In this document: in pieces, positions 32,173-41,343 of the stretch
How positions within the stretch are numbered: the first letter of the stretch is position 1
How the letters are laid out: each line of letters starts with the position of its first letter
Assembly (NCBI GenBank): GCA_965218795.1
Contig: OZ244653.1
Coordinates: 2,240,001 to 2,304,000 of the forward strand
Origin: a bacterium
GTDB taxonomy: Bacteria; UBA8248; JACPRG01; G963555815
Reading direction: 5' to 3'
DNA: 64,000 bases
The notes under the pieces: generated by a model
What the model saw: only the letters and a program-made list of their open reading frames with translations
Told to the model about the DNA's origin: nothing
Databases searched by the model: none
Made by a program: the position numbers and the translations under genes

Positions 32173-33375
32173 GTGGAGAAAACGATGAAGGGGCCCGGCT
32201 GGGGGGCAGAAGCCTTCCCCAAGTTTTCGGAAACCGAATATCAGCGCCGTTTTCAGCTCATCCGCGATCTGATGCGGCGGGAGGGCGTCGAGGCCCTGGT
32301 CGTTCATGGTGCGACCGCCATGGGGTCAGCCGTCCATTACCTGAGCCATTACATCCCCGCCCGACCGGCTTGGCTGATCTTCCCTCTCGAAGGTCCATCG
32401 ACACTCTTCCTGCACTTCTACAATCACATTGCGTGCACGAAGGCATTATCGATTGTAGAGGACGTCCGGTGCTACCACCCGAATCCGGGGAAGGCGGTCG
32501 CGGACAACCTGAAGGAACGGGGACTCGGCTCTGTCCGCATCGGCGTAGTCGGGCTCGGTCATTCGATCCCCCATGGTCAGTTCGAAACGCTGAAGGCCGA
32601 GTGTCCGGACGCCGGGTTCGTGGATCTCGCGGGCGCGTACAATCGGATACGGGTCATCCGAAGCGAGGAAGAACTGGATTGGCTCCGGGAAAGCGGGCGA
32701 CTGAGCGATCTGACCTGCGAAGCCCTGGAGCGGGAGATTCGCCCCGGGCTGACCGAGTATGACCTGAGCGCCATCATCCACGACGCATTCCTCCCGGAGT
32801 CGGGGCTCATGGGGATCCACTTCGTATCGACCACCTCGATGCGGAATCCGGAACGCCCTGTGCCGTGGCAATATCTGACGCCGCGAAAGGTGGAACCAGG
32901 CGATGTGGTCATTACCGAAATCACCATCTCATATTGGGGATATGCCACGCAGATTCACCGTCCGTTCGCCGTCTCCGAAGAACCCGCACCCGTTTATCGG
33001 GAACTTTTCGACGTGGCGATGGAGTGCTACGAAGCGGTCCGGGCCATCGTGAAGCCCGGGACGACGAGCGAGGAAATCGTCGACCTGTCGACCCGCATGA
33101 CCGAGGGCAGGGGATATCCCATTCTCGACAGCCTGTTCCATGGAGAGGGCGGACGGAACCCCGAATTGGGGACCCGCAATTCCCATCACGCCTTCGAGCC
33201 GTATACGTTGCGGGAAAACATGGTCGTCGTCGTTCAGCCCAACCCCATGACGGAAGACGGCAAGGCGGGACTCCAGTTGGGCGCGGCCATGATCGTCAAG
33301 CCCACGGGCGGGGAATCGCTCCACCGGTATCCATTTCATTTTCCGGTTTGCGGACGACCCCCGGCAAAAGGATGA
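32173..33375 (+). CDS. M24 (creatinase/Xaa-Pro peptidase fold) protein with non-canonical active site
   Basis: Creatinase_N-like N-terminus (FSETEYQRR); IRVIRSEEELDWLR; IRPGLTEYDL; VKPGTT. Confidence 0.82.
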   Translation: MEKTMKGPGWGAEAFPKFSETEYQRRFQLIRDLMRREGVEALVVHGATAMGSAVHYLSHYIPARPAWLIFPLEGPSTLFLHFYNHIACTKALSIVEDVRCYHPNPGKAVADNLKERGLGSVRIGVVGLGHSIPHGQFETLKAECPDAGFVDLAGAYNRIRVIRSEEELDWLRESGRLSDLTCEALEREIRPGLTEYDLSAIIHDAFLPESGLMGIHFVSTTSMRNPERPVPWQYLTPRKVEPGDVVITEITISYWGYATQIHRPFAVSEEPAPVYRELFDVAMECYEAVRAIVKPGTTSEEIVDLSTRMTEGRGYPILDSLFHGEGGRNPELGTRNSHHAFEPYTLRENMVVVVQPNPMTEDGKAGLQLGAAMIVKPTGGESLHRYPFHFPVCGRPPAKG

Positions 33376-34783
33376 AGAAGGCGGAACCAGGATTTCTCGT
33401 ATCCTGTTTGGCTCATCTGGCCGCGCTTGCCATCATCACCTCATGCGGTCCATCTGGGCGATCCGTCGATTCCCCTCCGCCCTTCCACCCTCCCACCGGA
33501 ATTGCCGCTAAATCCGCACCTCCGAGGCTTCTGCAAGGGCCGATGCTTGGTTTCGTCTCGGACAACGAGGCGAGTGTGTGGGTTCGACTGAACGGTCCAA
33601 ACCCTGTCCGGGTGAGATACGGGCTTTCGGATCCGCTTGATTCTCAACCGGACAAAATCTCCGAAGAAGTCCGGGCGCTCGCCGAGAACGATTACACTGC
33701 GGTGGTCCGTCTCAGACAACTGAAGCCGAGCACGAAATACCGTTACAGAATCCTCCTCCGGAGCGGGAGCCCCGCCCTCGGGAAGCCTTTCTTATTTCGG
33801 ACGTTGCCCCCGGCGGGCAAGGCGGATTCCTTCCGCATCGCTTTCGGCTCGTGCGCATCGGTGGATCTTGACTCCACCCAAAGATTTGGAAGGCCACAGC
33901 CCATTCCGGGCCTATGGCCTTCCTCTGGCTTGGGGACAATATCTACGGCGACTCGTCCAACCTGGCGGTCTTGCGAAAGAAATATCGCCGGCAACGGATG
34001 GTGAAGAGCCTCCTGGGTTTTCAGGCCACCGTCCCTCAACTTGCCATCTGGGACGACCACGACTACGGCCGGAATGACGGCGACCGCCGATTCGATGGAA
34101 AAAGAAATTCCTTGAAGGTCTTCCGGGAATATTGGGCCAATCCGAACTTCGGCCTGCCAACGACTCCAGGTGTCTTTTTTCGGTGGTCCATCGGTAACGT
34201 CGATTTTTTCTTCTTGGACACCCGAACCTATCGCGATCCGAATCTCTACTTGGACGGACCCCGGAAGACGCACCTCGGCGTCGCCCAAAAGTCGTGGTTG
34301 ATGAACGGATTGCAGGAAAGCCGTGCGGTCTTCAAGGTCCTGGTTTCATCCAATACCTGGACCGGGTGGAAAGGCCCGTTTCGGGATTCTTGGGGCTCTT
34401 TCACCAACGAAAGGGATGAGATTTTCAATTTCATTCGCGATGAGGGCATCTCGGGGGTCTTTCTGGTCGCCGGTGACAGCCACCGGCCTCAGATGAACGT
34501 GATTCCTTGGTCCAAGTTCGGAGGATACGACCTCTACGAGGTCATCAGCTCCCCCCTGGCCCAGGGGGTATACCGGGGACGGCTATGGCCGGGCGGATTC
34601 CAGCATGTGCGTCCGCCCAACGCCTTTCGACGCAACTTCGGTCTGATGGAGTTTGACACGCGCGCATCGCCCCCGCGCGTCATCCTTCACCTGATGGATG
34701 ATGAAGGAAAGGACCTCTGGCCCCCATTGAAACTGACGAGCGAGGAACTCACGAAGGGGGTCAAAAGCTGGGACAAAAAATAG
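33372..34783 (+). pseudogene. phoD: PhoD-family alkaline phosphatase/phosphodiesterase lipoprotein, frameshifted near 33880
   Basis: Lipobox-like AIITSC; IAFGSC; WLGDNIYGD; WDDHDY; LDTRTYR; AGDSH. One A is missing at CAAAGATTTGG. Confidence 0.85.
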
Positions 34784-34824
34784 ACGGGGCGCAGGCGGAA
34801 TATCGGGTTGAGACTCGTAAATCT

Positions 34825-35289
34825 CTATTCCCAGAGGGATGAATTCTCCTCACGCGATTCGCGCTCCAGCTCCTCCCCCACTTGATGGGCGGGCCTGCCC
34901 TCCCACATCTCGTTCACCTGATGGGGATCACCCGGCGATTGGGCGCGCAGGAATTCATAGGAAAAGATCCCCGAATCGTGGCCGTCCCCCCAAACGAACT
35001 GGAGGGCATAATGGCCCATAGGATTGGCTTCGCGAATCTCCGCCGAGCCTTCCGTCCGGGGGGCGGCATCCGGCAGAACGCTCAAGCCCATGAATCCCCC
35101 CGGGGGCTGATCCGGAACCGGCGGTTCCCCGGAAAAACGCTGGCGGATATCATTGCAGGTCGCGCACGGGCAGAGCTTCCGGAGATATCCCAGGGGGAAC
35201 CGGCTGATGTGGCCGTCCTTCCATTGGATATAGAGAAGACGGGTCTTGTCGATGCGAATGTCGATGGGTGTCGTCGCGTCGGCGTCCAA
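34825..35289 (-). CDS. DUF971 / GBBH-like N-terminal domain protein
   Basis: IQWKDGHIS...YLRKLCPCATC...MGHYALQFVWGDGHDSGIFSYEFLR. Confidence 0.85.
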   Translation of the reverse strand: MDADATTPIDIRIDKTRLLYIQWKDGHISRFPLGYLRKLCPCATCNDIRQRFSGEPPVPDQPPGGFMGLSVLPDAAPRTEGSAEIREANPMGHYALQFVWGDGHDSGIFSYEFLRAQSPGDPHQVNEMWEGRPAHQVGEELERESREENSSLWE

Positions 35290-35319
35290 AGCTGCCGCTC
35301 CTGACCTGATCCGGAATCC

Positions 35320-36951
35320 CTAGGCGGCCTTCGGCCCCGCGGCAATGACTTCCTTGGATGCCTGGTCCGCGTACTGTCTGAAGTTTTCATCGAACCGGTT
35401 GGCCAGATCGCGAGCCGCGGTCTCGTACCCCTTTCGATCCTTCCACATACTGGCCGGATTCAGAACCTTCGCCGGCACGTCCGGACAGGTTTCCGGAATC
35501 GAAACGCCGAAGATCGGGTCGATGGAGTAGCCCGCGTCATCCAACCAGCCGCTCAGTGCAGCGGTCAGCATGGCGCGTGTATGAGCCAGCTTCATGCGCG
35601 GAACGCTCCCGGCGCCGCCGCCGATCCAGCCCGTGTTGACAAGCCAAACCCGAGAGCCGTGTTGCGTCACCCTGTCCTGTAACAGATGCGCGTAGCGCGT
35701 CGGATGGAGCGCCAGGAAGGGGGCCCCGAAACAGGTGCTGAACGTGGCCTGGGGCTCGGTCACGCCCTTTTCAGTCCCCGCCACCTTGGCCGTGTACCCG
35801 GAGAGGAAATAGTACATGGCCTGGTCGATTGTCAGCTTGCTGATCGGCGGGAGGACGCCGAAGGCGTCGCAAGTCAGGAAGATGACGTCCTTCGGATGGC
35901 CGCCCATGCCGGGGATCACGCAATTGTCAATGTACTCGACCGGATACGTCGCCCGGGTGTTCTCGGTGATGCTGTCATCATCGTAATCGATTTCCCGGTT
36001 ATCGGGATCGACCATGACGTTCTCCAGGACCGAGCCGAACCGAATGGCGTCCCAAATCTGCGGCTCCCCTTCCCGGGTCAGCTTAATGGTCTTCGCGTAA
36101 CAGCCGCCCTCGAAATTGAAGATGCCGTCGTCCGTCCAGCCGTGCTCATCGTCGCCGATGAGGCGCCGTTTCGGATCGGCGGAGAGGGTCGTCTTCCCCG
36201 TGCCCGAAAGGCCGAAGAACAGGGCCGTCGAGCCGTCCTCCCCCATATTGGACGAGCAATGCATCGGACAGATGCCCTTCTGGGGAAGGAGGTAGTTCAG
36301 GATCCCGAATATGCCCTTCTTCATCTCGCCTGCATAACGGGTCCCGCCGATGAGGATGACGCGCTGCTCGAAGCTGACGAGGATGAATGTCGGCGTGCGG
36401 GTTCCGTCCGCTTCGGGTTCGGCGTACATCTCACAGGCATCAATGACGGTAAATTCGGGCTTATGCGACTTGAGCTCCTCGAAGGCCGGCCGGATGAAAA
36501 GCGTACGGGCGAAGAGATTGTGCCAAGCCTTTTCGGTAATGACCCGAACACCCATCCGGTGGCGCACATCCGCTCCCACGAATCCGTCAAAGACGAACAG
36601 CTCTTTCTGCTGAAGATAGGCCCGTACCTTCGAGAAGAGACGTTCGAAATTCTCGGGCTCGATGGGCTGGTTGACCGGCCCCCACCAAATGTCTTCCTTC
36701 GTGCTGGGCTCGACCACAGTATACTTGTCCGAGGGCGTGCGCCCCGTAAAAGGGTCCGTTCGGACGACCATTGCCCCGGTCGGCGCCAGATACCCCTCCC
36801 CCCTCGCAACGGCTATCTCGACCAGCCGTGCCGATGGCAGGTTCCAGTTGACCTTGTCGGGATTCGAGATACCGTGGGTCTCCAGGTCATATCCGTTCAG
36901 CGGGGTGTTGAAGGGGTCAGCGTTCGGAACCATGGGTGCGATGTCCTTCAT
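35320..36951 (-). CDS. pckA: Phosphoenolpyruvate carboxykinase (ATP)
   Basis: YAGEMKKGIF, GLSGTGKTTLS, LIGDDEHGW, NFEGGCYAK, TENTRATYP. Confidence 0.97.
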   Translation of the reverse strand: MKDIAPMVPNADPFNTPLNGYDLETHGISNPDKVNWNLPSARLVEIAVARGEGYLAPTGAMVVRTDPFTGRTPSDKYTVVEPSTKEDIWWGPVNQPIEPENFERLFSKVRAYLQQKELFVFDGFVGADVRHRMGVRVITEKAWHNLFARTLFIRPAFEELKSHKPEFTVIDACEMYAEPEADGTRTPTFILVSFEQRVILIGGTRYAGEMKKGIFGILNYLLPQKGICPMHCSSNMGEDGSTALFFGLSGTGKTTLSADPKRRLIGDDEHGWTDDGIFNFEGGCYAKTIKLTREGEPQIWDAIRFGSVLENVMVDPDNREIDYDDDSITENTRATYPVEYIDNCVIPGMGGHPKDVIFLTCDAFGVLPPISKLTIDQAMYYFLSGYTAKVAGTEKGVTEPQATFSTCFGAPFLALHPTRYAHLLQDRVTQHGSRVWLVNTGWIGGGAGSVPRMKLAHTRAMLTAALSGWLDDAGYSIDPIFGVSIPETCPDVPAKVLNPASMWKDRKGYETAARDLANRFDENFRQYADQASKEVIAAGPKAA

Positions 36952-37125
36952 CAGGCTTTGATTGAAGATGAACAGGTCGACAACGAGGGGTCACGCGACC
37001 CCATCTTATCCCTACAGGGGGACAGCGGGAGCTTTCCTCGGATGAACCGTTCGTTGGGTCGTCCTAATCTTTGCTCGATGGTCTCCAAGGACTCCAGCAC
37101 AATATAGCCCAAAACCCAGGCTCCG

Positions 37126-37149
37126 GAAAATGACGGGGATCACCGTCAT
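37126..37149 (-). terminator. Possible terminator hairpin downstream of the NIL genes
   Basis: Minus strand ATGACGG-TGATCC-CCGTCAT followed by only a short T run. Confidence 0.3.
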
Positions 37150-37423
37150 GGGAAGAGCATGAAGAATGAAGATGTTTGGAGTGCTTCCCTGCGATCGAAT
37201 CATCACGATGAACACCAGCCACTCTCCCTTTCTTGCCGCTTCCGAAGAGCTGGTGAATCACCTGATATCCCTGATCTCTTCTGAAATCCCGATAGAAAAA
37301 GGGTGAGGGTCGGCGGGGGTCGGAAGCACGGGCTCATGAACTCAGGATTTCAAAGGCATTGAGTCATGCTCTTAACCAGAAGGCAGGATACGAATGATCC
37401 GACCCGCCCGGAAGGATATCAGG

Positions 37424-37666
37424 TCAGCTGGAAATCACATCTCCTTCAACCGGCCCGACTGTGATGCCCCTGGCTTCGAAGGCTTCAACGGCCTTTTGCA
37501 GGTTTTCCTCATCCCCCGACATTTCCAGGTGAACCCAGCCGAAGTCCTCCGTCACATTGGCTGCGCGAACGCTCCAGAGGATGTCATAGGCATTGCCGAC
37601 CTCATAGATGTGAGGGCGTTTCAAGGTCATTCCAGGAAATGCCAATCGAACGCGTAACGTCGCCAT
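37424..37666 (-). CDS. Stand-alone NIL domain protein
   Basis: VRLAFP...RPHIYEVG...VRAANVTEDFGWVHLEMSG...GITVGPVEGDVI. Confidence 0.8.
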   Translation of the reverse strand: MATLRVRLAFPGMTLKRPHIYEVGNAYDILWSVRAANVTEDFGWVHLEMSGDEENLQKAVEAFEARGITVGPVEGDVISS

Positions 37667-37748
37667 CTGGCCATACCCCTCAGAGGTTGGGCGAATCCGA
37701 GCTATCCAACCTTCTCCTGCCGTATTCCTGCCTTGGCTGCACCCGAGA

Positions 37749-38009
37749 TTAAGGCGGCAGGTCCTCTGGATTCGTAGGCTCCGGCTGGACTCCTCTTTCC
37801 CTCAGATATTCGATGGCTTCCCGGAGTGCGGTCTCCGAGCCTTCGAGCTCCAGGACGACCCAGCCCTCCTCCGCCTGAATATCCGGCCGATATTGCACGT
37901 CGGCCCGGAAAATGTTGGTGATGACCTCGCAGGACCGGCCCAGTTCGCAGATGATCGGTTCTTTGACGGCCTCTCCCTTGAAATGCGCGGTGACGAACTG
38001 TTTGGGCAT
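37749..38009 (-). CDS. Stand-alone NIL domain protein
   Basis: KEPIICELGRSCEVITNIFRADV...GWVVLELEG...AIEYLRERGV. Confidence 0.82.
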   Translation of the reverse strand: MPKQFVTAHFKGEAVKEPIICELGRSCEVITNIFRADVQYRPDIQAEEGWVVLELEGSETALREAIEYLRERGVQPEPTNPEDLPP

Positions 38010-38033
38010 TCTGATTCAATCCTTCCGGTTTCC

Positions 38034-38465
38034 TTAACAGGCCGCCAACCGATGCTCCTCCAGCGACCATGCCGTGACATCGTATTTCTTTGCGCTGGAC
38101 GATTTCCCGTCCACCGCGACAATCACGTAAATGTAGCCCGGCCAACCGCCGAAGAGGGTCAGATCCGTTGTCGAAGGCCGCGAGGGATGATCCGGGTGGG
38201 AGTGGTAATAGCCAACGATTTCCTGGCTGGTTCCGGTGAGAGATTTCTCAAGCTGCAGATAGGCCAGGGGATGAATCTCGTACCGGTCCCGTGCACGCTC
38301 CTGGTCGATGTTCTCCGCGGGCACGGCCTCCTCAATACGGATCCGTCTGGATTCTCCCTTTTGCTGGACGCGACCGACAAGAAAACCGCAACACTCGCGT
38401 GGATAGTCCCGGCCGGCGTGACGCTTCATAACCCGAAGGGATCGGGGGGAGGTATCGATCTTCAT
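38034..38465 (-). CDS. M67 JAMM/MPN+ metallopeptidase (Mec/HcyD-like)
   Basis: YPRECCGFLVG and YHSHPDHPSRPSTTD (JAMM HSHxxxxxxPSxxD). Confidence 0.9.
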   Translation of the reverse strand: MKIDTSPRSLRVMKRHAGRDYPRECCGFLVGRVQQKGESRRIRIEEAVPAENIDQERARDRYEIHPLAYLQLEKSLTGTSQEIVGYYHSHPDHPSRPSTTDLTLFGGWPGYIYVIVAVDGKSSSAKKYDVTAWSLEEHRLAAC

Positions 38466-38520
38466 GGAGAAAGCCCGAGAAAACCGGAGGGTCCGAGTCG
38501 CTGCCAAACCAAACGGAACG

Positions 38521-38808
38521 TCACAGCACTCCAAGACCGCCCGCGATCGCAGGAATGATGGAAACCTCGTCTCCGTCCTTCAGAGTCGTCTTGGCGCCTT
38601 CAAGGAAGCGAATATCTTCATCATTCACATAGACATTGATGAATCGGCGGATTTCCCCGGCCTCGTCATACAACCGCTCTTTCAGGCCCGGAAATCGCAC
38701 GCTCATGTCCGCAAAGATTTCGTCCACATTGCTCCCCTGCACTTCAACTTCGCCTTCGTTCTTCGTGATCTTTTGCAGGGCCGTTGGGACCCGTACCTTG
38801 ATGGGCAT
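38521..38808 (-). CDS. MoaD/ThiS-family sulfur carrier (CysO-like) with a C-terminal extension after GG
   Basis: VRVPTAL, RRFINVYVNDEDIRFL, IIPAIAGG-LGVL*. Confidence 0.92.
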   Translation of the reverse strand: MPIKVRVPTALQKITKNEGEVEVQGSNVDEIFADMSVRFPGLKERLYDEAGEIRRFINVYVNDEDIRFLEGAKTTLKDGDEVSIIPAIAGGLGVL

Positions 38809-38813
38809 TGCGG

Positions 38814-40055
38814 TTACGCCTCCTTCAACTGTTCAGCAAACATCTCCTGAAATGAACTGAACTTGGAGTCAATCCGAAGCGGCGAGGGAACACTGTCCTG
38901 GATGGCCTCTTGGGTCTTCAGACCATTTCCGGTCACGCAAATCACCGTCGCGTCGTCCGGCTTGATTCTCCCTTGCTCTACAAGCTTCTTGGTCACACCG
39001 ACTGTCACCCCGCCGGCAGTCTCCGTAAAAATTCCTTCTGTTTCGGCCAACAGGTGCATGGCCGAAACGATCTCTTCGTCCGACACGTCTTCACCGCCGC
39101 CTTCGCTTTCTCTGCACACCTTGATGCCGTAGTATCCGTCCGCCGGGTTGCCAATGGCGATGGACTTGGCGATGGTGTCAGGCCGCTGGGGCTTGAAGTG
39201 ATCCCAGCCGTTCTTGACGGCCGTCGTCACAGGCGAGCAGCCTGTAGCCTGGGCCGCGTACACGCGAGTCGTGATCTCATCGATCAAGCCAAGGTCCCTG
39301 AACTCATGAAACGCCTTCCAGATCTTCGTGATCAAGGAGCTGCCGGCCACGGGAACAATGATGTGATCCGGAGTGCGCCATCCGAGCTGCTCCATCACCT
39401 CATAACCGTAGGATTTGGACCCGTCGCCGTAGAACGGACGGATGTTGATGTTGACGAAGGCCCACGGGTAGCTGCTCGCAATCTCCGCGCAGAGGCGGTT
39501 GACGTCGTCATAGACCCCGTCCACACCGACAAGTGTGGGCCCATACACAAGGGTCCCGATGATCTTGCCCATCTCCAGATCGGCCGGAATGAAGATGACG
39601 CTCTTGAGACCGGCCGACGCCGCATGGGCGGCGACGGAATTTGCAAGATTTCCCGTCGAAGCGCAGGAAAGCGTGTCGAATCCGAACTCCATGGCCTTGT
39701 TGGCCGCCACGGCGACAACGCGATCTTTGAAGGACAAGGACGGACAGCAGACGCTGTCATTTTTCACGAACAGATTGTTCAGCCCGAGCTCCGACCCCAG
39801 GCGTTCCGCCCGGATCAGCGGAGTCATACCGACCTCGAGGCCTACGGTGGGTTCGCCGTCGATCGGCATGAGGTCGCGATACCGCCAGATGCTCTGCGGC
39901 CCCTCCTGAATGGATTCCCGCGAGATCTGTTTGCCGATGGCCTCGTAATCATAAACAATCTCGAGGGGCCCAAAGCAAAAATCACAGACGTGAGTCGGCT
40001 CTTTGGGATATTTCTTCCCACATTCCTTGCATCTCAGTCCCTGGACGAATCCCAC
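38814..40055 (-). CDS. thrC: Threonine synthase-like fold-II PLP enzyme
   Basis: N-terminal CxxC...CxxC, GMTPL, SFKDR (PLP lysine), ASTGNLANS, SIAIGNPADG, TGNGLK. Confidence 0.8.
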   Translation of the reverse strand: MGFVQGLRCKECGKKYPKEPTHVCDFCFGPLEIVYDYEAIGKQISRESIQEGPQSIWRYRDLMPIDGEPTVGLEVGMTPLIRAERLGSELGLNNLFVKNDSVCCPSLSFKDRVVAVAANKAMEFGFDTLSCASTGNLANSVAAHAASAGLKSVIFIPADLEMGKIIGTLVYGPTLVGVDGVYDDVNRLCAEIASSYPWAFVNINIRPFYGDGSKSYGYEVMEQLGWRTPDHIIVPVAGSSLITKIWKAFHEFRDLGLIDEITTRVYAAQATGCSPVTTAVKNGWDHFKPQRPDTIAKSIAIGNPADGYYGIKVCRESEGGGEDVSDEEIVSAMHLLAETEGIFTETAGGVTVGVTKKLVEQGRIKPDDATVICVTGNGLKTQEAIQDSVPSPLRIDSKFSSFQEMFAEQLKEA

Positions 40056-40128
40056 GACTCGGTCTCTTTCTCTCAGCGACCCGGGATCAACCCCAAAGAG
40101 TCGCGCAAACTGATACCCTCAGCTTCAA

Positions 40129-40149
40129 TAGACATAGAGCGAAAGTCTA
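40129..40149. promoter_or_regulatory. Palindromic operator candidate upstream of the thrC-like operon
   Basis: TAGAC-N11-GTCTA next to an AT-rich tract. Confidence 0.35.
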
Positions 40150-40343
40150 CTTTAATTTCCTTATTTTAAGCCATTGAGCATCCGAGGCAACCGAATTCTC
40201 GGATATCCCTAAGACCCAGCTCCCGTAACCGTTCGATCAAGTGGTATGATTCGGAGATAATATATCGATTCAAATGGGCGCATCAGCTCCCTTCTTCTTG
40301 GTTTGACAGGTTCTTGAGCCACATCACGCCGACTTTATAAGGA

Positions 40344-41171
40344 ATGTCCGTCTTGTCCGCTACTCCTACAGCCCTGACGATTGCAGGATCCGACTCCGGA
40401 GGGGGCGCGGGAATTCAGGCCGACCTGAAAACCTTCACCGTCCTGGGTGTCTACGGAGCTTCCATCCTGACGGCGCTCACCGCTCAAAACACGGTGGGCG
40501 TGCAGGGAGTCCACGCCGTGCCCACGGACTTTGTGGCGGAGCAATTCGATTCTGTTTGTTCGGACATTCGGATTGGGGCGGCCAAGACGGGAATGCTCGC
40601 GGATGTGAGCCTGATTGAAGCCGTGGCCGCCAAGATTCAAGAGCGCGGAATTCGGCCTCTGGTGGTGGACCCCGTCATGGTTGCGAAATCAGGAGACCGG
40701 CTCCTGGCCGAAGGCGCGAAGAACGCTCTGATTCAAAAGATCCTCCCATTGGCGGACATCCTGACTCCCAACCTCGGAGAGGCGGAGGAAATTGCGGACA
40801 TGCCGGTAGGGAATCCGAACGCCATGAAGGAGGCCGCAAAGCGGCTGCTCGATCTCGGCCCCAAAGCGGTTCTCGTCAAGGGCGGCCACCTGGAAGGAGA
40901 TGCGGTCGATATCTTGTACGACGGTTCGGAGTTTACGCCGTTCCGCGCACCGCGAATTGAAACACCGAATACGCATGGAACGGGTTGCACCCTGTCCGCG
41001 GCCATCACGGCCTACCTGGCCAAGGGTGAAAGTCTGGACGATGCCGTCCTGAAATCAAAGAATTTCATCACGGAGGCCATTCGGAACGCGCCCCCGGATA
41101 TCGGCTCTGGCCATGGGCCCATCGACCCTATGTGGAATATCAAAAGGGGTTTGGATCAGGGGAAGCGATGA
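40344..41171 (+). CDS. thiD: Hydroxymethylpyrimidine/phosphomethylpyrimidine kinase
   Basis: TIAGSDSGGGAGIQADLKTF, DPVMVAKSG, HGTGCTLSAAI. Confidence 0.96.
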   Translation: MSVLSATPTALTIAGSDSGGGAGIQADLKTFTVLGVYGASILTALTAQNTVGVQGVHAVPTDFVAEQFDSVCSDIRIGAAKTGMLADVSLIEAVAAKIQERGIRPLVVDPVMVAKSGDRLLAEGAKNALIQKILPLADILTPNLGEAEEIADMPVGNPNAMKEAAKRLLDLGPKAVLVKGGHLEGDAVDILYDGSEFTPFRAPRIETPNTHGTGCTLSAAITAYLAKGESLDDAVLKSKNFITEAIRNAPPDIGSGHGPIDPMWNIKRGLDQGKR

Positions 41172-41343
41172 ACGGATTGAAAAAACACGGGGGATTCGAG
41201 CGGGTCGTCATTCCGCAATGCGACCGGCAGTGGATTTGTGGATTCCGTAAAATCTAATATTTCAGCTCCTCCAGGGGCGCGCCTCGCAGTGCATAAAGGA
41301 GGGGGCCCCGCGCCAAGTCATTCGGGCGGGCATCACTAAAACC

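Noticed and set aside
16312-40055. The CysO-like carrier supplying selenium to SenB in place of SenC
   Set aside because: The loci are about 20 kb apart with no shared regulatory evidence. SenB is known to use selenophosphate, so this is speculation only.
40056-40343. SAM or TPP riboswitch
   Set aside because: I could not recognise a complete S-box or THI-box core on either strand.
38521-41171. Thiamine cluster (thiS plus thiD)
   Set aside because: The carrier is CysO-sized (95 aa), there is no thiG, thiF or thiE, and thiD is transcribed divergently.
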